DNA from: Heptranchias perlo
Lineage: Eukaryota
Assembly (NCBI RefSeq): GCF_035084215.1
Contig: NC_090340.1
Coordinates: 15,190,001-15,254,000 of the forward strand
Length of the DNA stretch: 64,000 nucleotides
Direction of reading: 5' to 3'
The translations under genes were made by a program, and so were the position numbers. Shown piece after piece: positions 36,930 to 48,782 of the stretch. Numbering within the stretch: position 1 is the stretch's first letter; the number at the start of each line of letters is the position of its first letter. The notes beneath the pieces are model-generated. The model made no database searches and was not told the DNA's origin. It was given only the letters and a program-made list of their open reading frames with translations.

Positions 36930-38003
36930 TAGACGCAGACACACTCAGAACTACATCAATATAATTACACTCACAGACATGCTCACCACTGCACAACCGT
37001 CATTGGACTCAGGCACACTCAGCACTACATCAATACCATTACATTCACAGACATACTCTTCACTGCATCACTATCATTGGACTCAGACACACTCAGCACC
37101 ATATAAGTATAATTACACTCACAGAGACACTCACAACCAGATCAATATCATTAGACACAGAAACAATCATCATGACATCAGTTTCATAACACTCAAAGAC
37201 GCATTCACCACGGTATCAATATCATTAGATTTACAAACATTCACCAATACATCGATATCATTACACTCACAGACACACTCAGCACTGCATCACTATCATT
37301 AAACTCAGACACACTCAGCCCCACACCAGTATAATTACACTCACAGACACACTCACCGTTACATCACTATCATTGAACTCAGAACGCTCACCACTACAAC
37401 AACGTCATTACACTCACAGACACATTCACCACTGCACCACTATCATTAGACTCAAACACACTCACCTCTACATCAATATCACTACACTCACAGACACATT
37501 CACCACTGCAACAATGTTATTAGACTCACACACTCACCACTCCATCAATATCATTGGACTTACAGATACTGACCATAACATCGATATCATTACACTCATC
37601 TTCATTCAACTCTACATCAATACCGTTAAACTTACACACACTCTCCACCGTATCAATGTGATTAGACTTACAGACACCCGCCACTACATCAATAATATTG
37701 GACTCACAGACACACTCACCACTGCATCAATATCATTACACTCAAAGACACACTGACCACTACATCAATGACATTAGACTCACAGACACACTCATCACTG
37801 CATCACTATCATTAAGCTCAAACACACTCAGCACCACATCAATATAATTATACTCACAAACACACTCATCACTGCACCACTATCATTAGACTCAAACACT
37901 ATCCGTGCACTCGCAGACACATCACTGCCTCACTATCGTTAGAATTGTAGTCACACTCACCACTGCATCACTATGGTTAGACTGGCAGACACACCACTGC
38001 ATC
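36930..38003. repeat. 36-38-bp CA-rich minisatellite, consensus ~agactcacagacacactcaccactgcatcaatatcatt
   Basis: Period 38 at 37701, 37739 and 37777; strongly G-poor on the plus strand. Confidence 0.9.
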
Positions 38004-38440
38004 AAGGAGCATGCTTTGTTACACCATCTCCGTTTTGCAATAAATATAGAATTACTTTATCGAAGGAGGAAATTAATGTACTGATACACTTGGATCGTTC
38101 AAAAAACTCAAGCTAAATCAATCTGGTATTAAAACACGATTTTTAAAATTTCTAAATAATTATGCCATCATCCCTGGATGTCAAAAATATTACAACATAC
38201 ATCTTTAATTTGTGCCTGCCAGTATTGATTCAGTGATAGCTTTTCATCCTGTTCTTAGTGAGTTGACCAAATTACCTAATTTATATTAAAATCAGTTGTT
38301 ATTTTGATTAAGAAATAACCAAAGGTCGAAAGCAGAAGAATTTCTCACTGCTCAGTTTTCACTGTGCTCAATGTGAAATGACATTGAAGTAAAAATGTGC
38401 TACTTTGCCATAACTGAAATTCTCCAAATTGTTTCGCCAT

Positions 38441-38535
38441 TTAGAAAGAAATGCCCTCTCCAAGCCCAGAAGACGCTGAGACCAGTCTAACATATATAAT
38501 AATGATCTTCTCATACTGAATATCCAATGCATCAC
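38441..38535 (-). other. Candidate terminal cytoplasmic exon with ITIM-like motifs
   Basis: Acceptor tatttttacag; the phase-1 reading joins the TM exon as (G)DALDIQYEKIIIIYVRLVSASSGLGEGISF*. Confidence 0.35.
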
Positions 38536-38589
38536 CTGTAAAAATAGGCTACAGAGAGCAGAAAATTCCAGTTAGAGCCGAGAGTTGTA

Positions 38590-40235
38590 ATGTTTGATTT
38601 GGATTGTTGAGAGGTTGAGAGACCAGAAATTACGCCAGGGAACTGGGGCACTAATTAGAGTGGAGGGACATGACGTCATATCCTTCATGGAACCATAGTT
38701 TCAGCGGAGTGAGATAGGGAACGAAATGCTTCTGGTTTAAACATTTTCATGAGAGAAAGAGAATGAATAAGAGGGTAAGAGAGGCAATATTAATGGAGGG
38801 CACAGCCTTAGAAAGTAAAGTTTTTTTCTCAACGGTGCTGCTCAGGCCGAGTCTGTCGAATTTAAATTAAGAAATAATAATGGATTTGTTACCATGTTGA
38901 GAGACATTATAGATCACCCCATCGGGTAAAAAATGATCATGAGATTACTGCGTAATTTATGATGAGCACTTAAACTATCCTAAGGAGGTGCGTGGGAACA
39001 CAAATATTTGTGGTCGAAATACAGAGGGGTTCTTATATTGCAACCAGGATTGTTTCTAAGTATGTTACTAGTTCCAACAAGGCAAGTTGCAGTGCTGGAT
39101 CTCGTTCTAGGAAGTGAAGGAAGACAAGTAATTGACCTGGAGGTAGAAGCCTCGCCGTGTAGGAAAACATAACGGGAATCCGGGTGTATTTCTCCGATTT
39201 ACTGTCCAGTCATATTAATGGAACAAAACCCATTGACAGCGCATGCTCAAGCTTCAGATATACACGCCCCACGGGTAAGATTCTCCATTGGGAGCAGGTA
39301 CTCTGGAATTAACCCCCAGGGATCAAAATACGTGGGTAGAGAATTGGCTTGGTTCAGAAAGCAACGAGTGGGGTTAAATACATGTTTCTTTGGAATGGCT
39401 GGTTGTGGATATGCACATGTGCTTCTCCGCCTTACTACTTCCTTCCTTGTCTTCAGAAACATTCTTAGGACCTTCCTCTTTCACCGCGTTCTCCCCCTCC
39501 TGACTTTCATCGTTTCTCTCCTCCACTATCACCCCACTCATGCCCCCTCAATACTGAACATGCTGTGAAGCGTTCCGGATAATTGGCGCTGTAGGATTGT
39601 ACATTTCTGATGTATGGGCACAAAAAGAATGTTATCAACGTTTGCTGGTGATAATAAATTGGGAGACGCAGCACACTGGGAAACTATGCAGGAAATTGCA
39701 GGTGAACATAGGCAGATTAGCAGAGTAGGCAGATAAGTGGTAGACGCGGTTCACTGAAGGTGCATGTAAAGTCATCCAGTATGGGGGAAAAGAATAAATG
39801 CAATATACCCTAAATCGTCCGATTAATTGCGTGGACCCAGACGTTTATATCTTTAGAAGTATGAGTTCAGATAGATAAGGTCATTAAAAGGAAAATAAAT
39901 TCTTCATTCTACACAGATGTGTAGAAGTGACGTTGAATTTGCACAAGAGAGTGGATAGGCCACAGGTGGATTATTGCATGCAGTTTCCGTCACCCATTAT
40001 AGGGATGATATTGGAGCAGTGGGAAGGGTACAGGGAAGATTCACTGGAATTATGCCAGGAATGAATCACTTTAGTTAAAAAGAAATTCTTAAAAGTTAAG
40101 GCCTTTCTCACTGGAACAGGGCGGGTTTAGTGCGGATCTAATAGATGTTTTTAAAAAATTATACAGGCGTTTAGAGAGTAATTTCTCTTGATAGGCCAAT
40201 CGGTAAATCGGAGATATAAACTTAAAATTATATTG
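38590..40235 (+). mobile_element. Very old, fragmented CR1 LINE
   Basis: Degenerate APE (LDL.L, YRSP) and RT (FAGDNKLG, GRPQVDYCMQF) remnants. Confidence 0.65.
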
Positions 40236-40242
40236 AGTTACT

Positions 40243-41092
40243 CAGAATGTATAGCACAGAAACAAGCCATTTGGCACAACTGGTCTGTGCCGGTTTTTAT
40301 ACTCCACATGAGCCTCTTCCCATCCTACTTCATCTAACCCTATCGGCATAATATTCTTTCCTTTCTCCCTCAGGTATTCAACTAGCTTCCCCTTAAATGT
40401 ATCTATGCTATTCACCTTAACTACTACTTCTGGTCGCGAGTTCCACATTCTTGCCACCCTTTGGGTAATGAAGTTTCTCCTGAATTCCTATTTGATTTAT
40501 TGGTGATGGCCTTATATTTATGGCCCCTAGTTTTGGGCTCCCACACAAGTGGAAACATCTTAGAATCATAGAATCATAGAATCTTAAAACACAGCCATCG
40601 TTCCTGTGCCGGCTCTTTGCAAGAGATGACAATTTAGTCCCACACCCCAGCTTTTCCCCCGTAACCCTTCAAATTAGTCATCTTCAAGAACGTGTCCAAT
40701 TGCCTTCTGAAAGTTCCTATGGAATCTGATTCTATCACCCTTTCAGGAAGTGCGTTCCAGATCTTAACAACCACCTGTGTGAAAAACATTCCCCTCGTTT
40801 CCCCTCTCGTCCTGTTGCGAATTATTTTAAATCTATGACCTCTGGTTACTGACCCACTTGCTAAAGGAAACAGTTTCTCCTTATTTGCTCTGTCAAAACC
40901 CTTGGTATCTTCTCCACGTCTACTCTATCAAACCCTTTCATAATTTTAAAGACTTCTATTAGGGCACTCCTCAGCCTTCTCTTTTCTAGAGAAAAGAACA
41001 CCAGCCTGTTCAGCCTTTCCTGATATGTCTTTCCTCTCAGTTCGAGTAACATCCTTGTGAATGTTTTTTGCACCTTCTCCAGTGCCTCTATA
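40243..41092 (-). mobile_element. CR1 3' fragment with a second CR1 3' end nested (~40561-40900)
   Basis: QKTFTRMLLELRGKTYQERLNRL; two 3'UTR tails (40243 and 40561). Confidence 0.8.
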
Positions 41093-41614
41093 GCAGTAAA
41101 ATTACCACCAGGAGAACTAAGAGAGAAGTTAAACGATATTTTCTTAAATAGATGTTGATGAGGACATTGAATATCTTACCTCAAGTGATACTATAACAAC
41201 ATTTAAACCAAAAATGGTTAAGTATTTGGATGTTACGAAAACGAAAGGGTAGAGGAAAAGGGAAGGGAAGAGTTGTTCGGCGTGAAGAGGGAGCTCTGGC
41301 ACAGGCGCAAAAGTCTGAACCATGTCCTGTTGTGCTACAACTTCAATAATTATGTGAATCAACCCCAACGCTCCTAGGTTATGGAGTGTGATATCAACCA
41401 GAGTTGCGCGCTTAATCCCTGTTGGAAATTATGCAGCTGATGATGTCTGCTACAGTCACTATCAAGGCTACAACATGAAGAAAGGCCATTTGGGTAAGCT
41501 TGCGAGTCCTGCCAAAGGCATATCTCGGCCAGAGCCAACAGCTTGAAGGAGAAAATTGGATCAATAAATACACATTGTGGTATTAGTTTATAAGTTAATA
41601 AACCATTGTCTTAC

Positions 41615-41740
41615 CTTCAAAGCAAATTGATTTTGCGTGGTCGACAAGGATCCCCACCAGCACCAGAATTGCAAATAAGCCCACGTATAGCTGAAGAACC
41701 ACCTGGGGCTTGGTTCCGTAACTGTGGTCTAAAGCTAGAT
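41615..41740 (-). CDS. Transmembrane exon of an Ig-superfamily receptor (intact, 126 bp, phase 1-1)
   Basis: Acceptor gttttag and donor AAG|gtaaga; reads (D)LALDHSYGTKPQVVLQLYVGLFAILVLVGILVDHAKSICFE. Confidence 0.72.
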
Positions 41741-41802
41741 CTAAAACTGCAGTTACAAGCAATAAGTTATTCAGCCTTGAACAGACTTTTCTTCATTAAC
41801 AC

Positions 41803-42826
41803 TACATAAGAACATAAGAAAAAGGAGTAGCAGTAGGCCATATGGCCTCTCGAGCCTGCTCCGCCATTCAATCAGATCATGGCTGATCTTCTACCTCAAC
41901 TCCACTTTCCCGCCCGATGCCCATATCTCTTGATTCCCCTCGAGTCAAAAAAGCTATCGATCTCAGCCTTGAATGTACTCAATGACTCAGCATCCACAGC
42001 CCTCTGGGGTAGAGAGTTACAAAGATTCACCACCTTCTAAGTGAAGAAATTCCTCATCATCTCAGTCTTAAATGGCCGACCCCTTACCCTGCGACTGTTG
42101 TCCCTAGCCTGGACTCTCCAGCCAGGGGAAACAACCTCTCAGCATCAACCGTTCAAGACCCCTTAGAATCTTATAGGTTTCAATGAGACCACCTGTCATT
42201 CTTCTAAACTCCAGAGAACATAGGCCCATTCTACTCAAACTCTCCTCATATGACAACCCTCTCATCCCAGGAATTAATCTGGTGAACTTTCATTGCACCA
42301 CCTCTCAGGCAAGTATATCCTTCCTTAGATAAGGAGACCAAAACTGTATGCAATACTCCAGGTGAGGTCTCAACAAAGCCCTGTACAATTGTAGTAAGCC
42401 TTCCTTACTTTTGTACTCCAACCCCCTTGCAATAAAGGCCAACATGCCATTTGCTTTCCTAATTGCTTGCTGTGCCTGCACTCCAAATTTTTGTCTTTCT
42501 TGTACGAGGACACCCAAGTCTCTCTGAACACCAACATTTACTCGTTTCTCAACATTTAAAAAATATTCTGTTTTTCTATTCTTCCTACCAAAGTGAATAA
42601 CCTCACATTTCCGTACATTATTCTCCATCTGCCACTTCTTGCCCATTCACTTAACCTATCAATATCCCGTTGCAGACTCTCTGTGTCCTCCTCACAACTA
42701 ACTTTCCCACCTAGCTTTGTATGGTCAGCAAACTTGAATACGCTCTGTCCCTTCATCGATGTCTTTATACAGATTATATATAGCTGAGTCCCAAGCACCG
42801 ATCCCTGCGGCTCCCCACTAGTTACA
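41803..42826 (-). mobile_element. CR1 3' fragment (intronic)
   Basis: FADHTKLGG, KCEVIHFGRKN, LYRALLRPHLEYCIQFWSP; acataagaacataagaa tail. Confidence 0.92.
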
Positions 42827-43002
42827 TTATGTGTATTCCGGTGAGTGTGTTATTAAACATTCCACATGCCCACACTCGGGATATCTGCGCTCATTTGCCT
42901 GCTTATGTTGATTACAACATTATAATTCCATTATTTAATAATTGATTTTATTACACCCTATAATTTGAATGTGTAGTTACTCCCCGATACAATAACACTT
43001 AC

Positions 43003-43290
43003 CGTACGCAATACGTTGGGAGCCAATTCCATCTGCCAGTTCTATTTTGATGTCCCATTCTTCAATGAAACACTCCGGAGATTGGGACGCAGTGGTCAAA
43101 GGAGCACTTTCCCTTTTTTCACTTTTTGGTTGGTTATTCTGGATTACTGATCTAACCTTTGAAACTACAGAATTACACCGCGTGACCGTCAATTCTGTCT
43201 TCCAGGATACAGCGCCGTGCACACATGGGCACAGAGACCCTGGACCTGGTCAATTTTAAAATTTGAAGAAGGCGAAGGGAACGTCCGCTT
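43003..43290 (-). pseudogene. Heavily decayed VJ-type Ig exon
   Basis: AVSWK (cf. AVYWWK), SGVFH* (cf. DSGxYxC; TGA at 43062-43064) and DGIGSQRIAY G|gtaagt (GxGSxLxV). The intron start gtaagtgttattgta resembles that of the V at 19584. 5' boundary approximate. Confidence 0.6.
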
Positions 43291-43474
43291 CCTCAAAACA
43301 TTAAAGCGACTCTACTGAAAGTTTATAAACTGTCCGGGGCGTACAAGGGAATATTGGAGCACATTAAATCGGCTTCACGCAGAACGGAACACGGTATCGA
43401 GACAAAGCAGTGGTCTCTAGTCTCCCGCAGCCAGTCTCGTTTTTATTTGGCGTCACACTGAGGCCTGCCTTTAC

Positions 43475-43543
43475 AGTTGTGCAACACTGGGCACGGACCC
43501 AAATGTAACAGGACAACAGCACCGGAAGAAGAAACCGCAACAT
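43475..43543 (-). pseudogene. Candidate leader (signal peptide) exon
   Basis: MLRFLLPVLLSCYIWVRAQCCTT followed by gtaaag, just upstream of the V remnant. Confidence 0.45.
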
Positions 43544-44062
43544 AAAGTGGCGACTGAGCTCATATTTTCAGTCGGGGTCAGGACTACTGGTTGTCAACAA
43601 TGTCACTTTCTGATCCATTCGCAATGAATCGCCCAACGGAGGTCTGGATCAGGGGTTATAGTGGGAAAGGGTGGACAGCAGCCAACCTAAACGCAGTTCC
43701 TCATCATGGTGCTCTTGTAAGGAAACCAAATAATGGTAGAGAACACAATCGTTTTAACAAGAGGACAACGTTGAATGTTTTCTAATAAGCAACAGAGGAA
43801 AAAATAATTGGATACAAGAGATAAAGCTCCTGCTTCACATTTTGGAAGCTGTCGAGGTTTAACAGACAGTTTCTGGGTGGACCACGATAATATTACTTCC
43901 GGTTTTACAACAGATTTGGGTCAATAATATTTGACAACAAAACATGAACTTTCCGTTTTATTTGGTGTTATAACATGTTTATCAATATGAACAAATTCTA
44001 TGATATACCCTTTCAGGATTTAACAGTTGCTGACCTCACTTCTTGGACTGTTGGCCTCTTAA

Positions 44063-44373
44063 CTGGGTTGGAATTGGTTACAGCGTACGTGACAATGCCG
44101 GGAGCGTGGAGGGAGATATGAGATACCAAACAGATGTAAACAGTCCCGCTCGGGACACGCTGCGTTTCTTCCAAAGAGCTGGAAATTTCAAACAGTCCCT
44201 CAAGCTTTGCCGTTTAGTGATATTTATCCCAGTTACAGTTTCGACGCTATTTTTATACCAGGTGAGGGTGAAATCCTCGGGGTGAAATGCAGCAGTCTCA
44301 CACACAATAGTCAGAGGCGCTGATGATTTTCTCTCGGGTGCCACGGAGACAATCTTCAGTGGAGCTGGGGCAG
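44063..44373 (-). pseudogene. Ig C1-set exon (frameshifted)
   Basis: Acceptor ttctgttctgcag. Reads APAPLKIVSVAPERKSSAPLTIVCETAAFHPEDFTLTWYKN...[1-nt shift]...EGLFEISSSLEETQRVPSGTVYICLVSHISLHAP. Donor appears mutated (G|ttaaga). Confidence 0.9.
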
Positions 44374-45342
44374 CTGCAGAACAGAAAATTGGGAAAATCA
44401 GGTTACAGGAGCGATTTTAAATGTGACTTCGACCTGTATTATAGCCGTACCATTCCCTGATCATTTACACTCTCTCCATCCATACCACGAGTCACTATCA
44501 GGTTCTGTTCAGTTTTACCTCCGCTATATTTTCTTATTGTTCACTCATAGATTTTAGATTACTCCCTGATAATTCCAACCTTCAAACAGGCACATCACAA
44601 TGATTCTGGATAAATGATTGTGTTTCATATTTCAATGAATGGAACAAGTTAATCCTGGGAGAAGAAGTGCACAGAGTCCCTCCCTGTTTGTCAGTCACTG
44701 TCGCCCTGCCTCCCCAAGAGAGAAACATATGATCTGTAGATTACCGAGAATAAAAGGAGCGACCTTATGGTTATCGGACCGATCTCACAGCCGAATCAGA
44801 GGAATAGCTGAGGGAAATTATATTCGCTTCAACCTCAGAAGGCATCAGCAACGGAGCCTCTGGGGAAAATTGCCTTTATTGGAGACAAAAGAGGTGACGA
44901 CATTATGGTTCATGGTCCAGTTTCATAAGTGAATGCTTAATTTTAGGAGAGAATGTTAAACCTCACTGAGAACGACAGAGGCAAACAGAACATCTAAAAT
45001 GGGGTACTGGCCCTGTATATGGTGGGAAAGGCGTATTAATATAAAATATTTTCAGTCAGTCATCAATATATCGGGATTTTTCCGCAACTTCCATCATCAG
45101 AAGTCTGATGTAGAAACTACATGTTGAGATGATTCCAGTAACATGCTACTTACTCTCGTCAATAGTGATGGATTTTACTCAACTCAGCAAAGGAAGCGTC
45201 ATATTGAGCCGTGTAATTAACAGTTGTGCACAGAGAACGCGGTGCAAAATTTAATTTCACTGTAAATGTATTAATATAATTATTTTATGCAAAGTATGGT
45301 ACAATACAACAATGACAAACATGCTCCTTGTTACACACTTAC

Positions 45343-45652
45343 CATTCACAGTTAAACGTGATCCGTTTTCATTTTCACCAATTTTTCCCTGACGAACCGC
45401 TGAGCAGAGATAGATTCCAGAGTCCTGGTATGTTCCGCTATTCAGACTGAAGCTGCTTCCATTATCTTCCACACCGGTTGTTTTTATGTAATCGGCCTCT
45501 GACGTCAGGTATTTGTTCTCACCCTGTTTCCACCAATACACTGCAACCATTTCTACAACTGATTAGGAGACTTTACAATGGAAGGTGACGTTTGTCCCGC
45601 TGAGTACTTTTTGGGGGTATTTGACTCACTGAGAACGAAAGATGATCAGCGG
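45343..45652 (-). pseudogene. Germline-joined VJ-type Ig exon (frameshift + stop)
   Basis: Acceptor ttttctggcag and donor G|gtaagt. Reads SVSQ..KVLSGTNVTFHCKVS*SVVEMVAVYWWKQGE...FSLNSGTYQDSGIYLCSAVRQGKIGENENGSRLTVN. Length 310 bp (not a multiple of 3); TAA at 45563-45565. Confidence 0.9.
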
Positions 45653-45809
45653 CTGCCAGAAAATATATTCAAAGTCCGGTTAATTGCATCTGATATGACA
45701 TGAAAATAATGAAGTAAACATAGATACACGAATTACATTTCACTGACTGTAAGTAGAAACTACTTCAGATACATTTGCGTTATTGGAGCAGCCGGGTCAC
45801 ATTATAAAC

Positions 45810-45870
45810 CGGTATCTGTGTAAATAATCCCAGGGACAGAGAGACACAGTAGAACAATACACGCCAACAT
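45810..45870 (-). pseudogene. Leader (signal peptide) exon of the VJ-C1 gene
   Basis: MLACIVLLCLSVPGIIYTDT + G|gt (phase 1, weak donor), ~157 bp upstream of the V exon. Confidence 0.65.
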
Positions 45871-46202
45871 TCTGAGCAAATGAACACTGACTGCACTGTC
45901 AGCCGCTGTAAGAAGGTTTGCGGATTGTTTAATCTGAAATGTGTCGCAATGACGTTTGACATCCTGCCCCTGGATTCAGAAAATGGGTTCGGTGAGATTC
46001 AAGGAGATTTGCTGACAATTTTTGTGCGAAGCGGCCACTAGAATGACCAGTGTCACGGACATCAAAGAGCAAGGAAAATTAGCATCTGAATTTCAAATGA
46101 ACAATGTACCAGCATTTGTTGGGGCATGTCTTATTTCCCTATAGATGATGATGTGAGAATAAACGTCATCAGTGCAAGCTCCTTGGGGTGAATTACGTGA
46201 GG

Positions 46203-46287
46203 AATCTTACAATACCAGGTTCTAGTCCAACAGTTTTATTTGAAAATCACAAGCTTTCGGAGCTTACCTCCTTCGTCAGGTGAGTGG
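46203..46287 (-). mobile_element. Penelope-like terminal remnant with a minimal hammerhead motif (46247-46283)
   Basis: Minus strand reads TCAC CTGACGA A GGAG-gtaag-CTCC GAAA GCTT GTGA, followed by aaataaaactgttggacta. Confidence 0.7.
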
Positions 46288-47603
46288 ACGAATGTGGATT
46301 GATTAGGGAAAGCCAGCACGGATTTGTTAAAGGCAAATCACATTTAACTAACCTGATAGAGTTTTTTGATGAGATACCAGAGAGGTTAGATGGGGGCAAT
46401 GCAGTTCATGTGATATATATATATATATATATATGGACTTTCAAAAGGCGTTTGATAAAGTGGCGCTTGGTAGGCTTATCAGCAAGATTGCATCCCAAGG
46501 AATAAAAAGGGCAATAACAACATGGATACAGAATTGGCTAAGGGATAGGAAACAGAATAGTGTTGAACGGTTGTTTTTCAGACTGGAGGGAGGTGTACAG
46601 TGGTATTTCCCAGAGGTCGATGCTGGGACCACTGCTTTTCTTGATATATATTAATGACTGGGTGTTCAGGGCACAATTTCAAAATTTGCAGATAACACAA
46701 AACGTGGAAGGTTAGTGAACAGTGAGGATAATAGTCTTAGACTTTAAGAGGATAGAGTTAGGCTGGTGACATGGGCGGACACATGGCAGATGAAATATAA
46801 TGCAGAAAAATAAGAAGTGATTCATTTCGGTAGGAAGAACAAGGAGAGGTGATACAAACTATAGGGCACAACTTTAAAAGGGTACAGGAACAGAGAGATC
46901 TGGGGGTATACGTGCACAAATTGTTGAAGGTGGCAGGGCAGGTTGAGAAAGTGGTTTAAAAAGCAGGATGATAGGCTTTATAAATAGAGGCATAGAGTAT
47001 AAAAGTATGGAAGTCATGATGAACCTTTATAAAACATTGGTTCGGCCACAACTGGAATATTGTGTCCAGTTCTGGGCACCGCACTTTGGAAAAGATGTGA
47101 AGGCCTTAGAGAGGGTGCAGAAGAGATTTACTGGAATGATTCCAGGGATGAGGGACCTTAGTTAAGTGGATGGACAGGAGAAGCTGGGGTTGTTCTCTTT
47201 GGAACAGAGATGGTTGCGAGGAGATTTGAGAGAGGTATTCAAAATCATGACGGGTCTAGACAGAGTTGATAGAGAGAAACTGTTCCCATTGACGGAAGGG
47301 TGAAGAACCAGAGGACATAGATTTAAGGTGATTGGCAAAAGAACCAAAGGTGACATGAGGAAAACATTTTTTACACAGTGGGTGGTTAGGATTTGGAATG
47401 CACTGCCCGGGAGGGTGGTGGAGGCAGATTCAATTATGGCCTTCAAAAGGGAACTGGATAAGTACTTGAAAGGAAAAAAATTACAGGGCTACGGGGATGG
47501 GGCGGGGGAGTGGGACTAGCTGGATTGCTCTTGCAGAGAACCGGCGCGGACTCGATGGGCCGAATGGCCTCTTTCTGTGCTGCAACCTTTCCATGATTCG
47601 ATG
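46285..47603 (+). mobile_element. CR1 LINE, 5'-truncated
   Basis: RESQHGFVKGKSHLTNLIEFF, MDFQKAFDKV, LYKTLVRPQLEYCVQFWAP; (TA)n expansion at ~46413-46433. Confidence 0.93.
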
Positions 47604-48782
47604 AAACCACTGCTCGAGCTCAGAGAGCACGAAAAGGTAATACTCACCAACCAATTACCTAACTGCTGTCTTGTGACGTCTATCTTCCACGCCTTCATAC
47701 CTGCCGTGGGTGGGTCTGTTCCGGAGCTTTTTGCGGGCCGCTGGGTCGGTGGGTCGGTGGTGGGGTGGGGGGATTTTCGCGAGTACTCTGCGCTGCTCTC
47801 TCTCTCTCTGCTGCTCTTTTACGCCGGGCCGCTGGGGGCGATTCCAGCGCTTTTACCTCCCGGGGAATCAGCAATACTGAGCTCGGCTACGATGACATCC
47901 AACAACCTGCCAATGATCACTGCCCAAGCTCACACCTAAAGAATGGCTGAGAGAGTCCATTGCACCCCTGCATGTGTCAGGGATGAAGGGTGAATTTTTT
48001 TTGAAAAACTAATCTTGCCTGATTTATTCTCTTCCACTTTCCATTTCGCTGGTACCTGGGGTCACACTGATTTTCCCGCGCAACTTTCAGTCGCCTGGCT
48101 AATGCAGTCAGATGCGTGTCTACTGTCTCTTCCATTGTCTGTAAATATTTTATTCATTAAACCATGAATCTATAAGGATGTACGATTGGGATGTAAAATG
48201 AGGAAGATTTTTTTACCTGCCATTTTCTATATAAAATATTTTCTTGGACTGATTTGACCATTTTTGCAATGTTGCGTCTGGAGAGATAAAATTATCCTGA
48301 AGCATTTCAAATGGAACTCTGGAAACTACTCGTCTGAACCGCCTCCACTTTTACATTAACCTACTCTGTCAAAATTTGTATTGTTCGCTTTTCCCATAAA
48401 GTAACTTACATCAATCGCCTGGCAGTGGACGAAATGCTTGCGGCTACAAATCAAACAAAGCGGTGTACATATATAGAAAGGAAACAAAGGTGGATGATCT
48501 CACTATTTTCATTAGGGATTTGCATCTTTAACTGCACCGTGATAAGATTCTGTTCAGAGTCGCTGCTCTTTACACATAAATATCTACACCAACAAAAAAT
48601 ACTCCTCGCAGCCAGAAAAGCAGCCTTCAGCTATGGAACATCAAATCCTAATGGCAAATATGTCTCTTTGCCAATACTCCTGACAGGAGCAATTGTTTAA
48701 CCAGTTGGCTTTGAGTAAGCCTGGTTAGGGCCATTAAATTCAGCATCTGGAACATCAAAATGGGTTTCGAATTATGAATCGG

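Noticed and set aside
36979-37756. Thr/His-rich ORFs suggesting a mucin-like or zinc-finger protein
   Set aside because: By-products of the G-poor minisatellite; the 38-bp unit is not a multiple of 3.
45343-45652. Rearranging Ig/TCR V segment
   Set aside because: The G strand and splice donor follow the second Cys within the same exon; no heptamer-spacer-nonamer was seen after any V exon.
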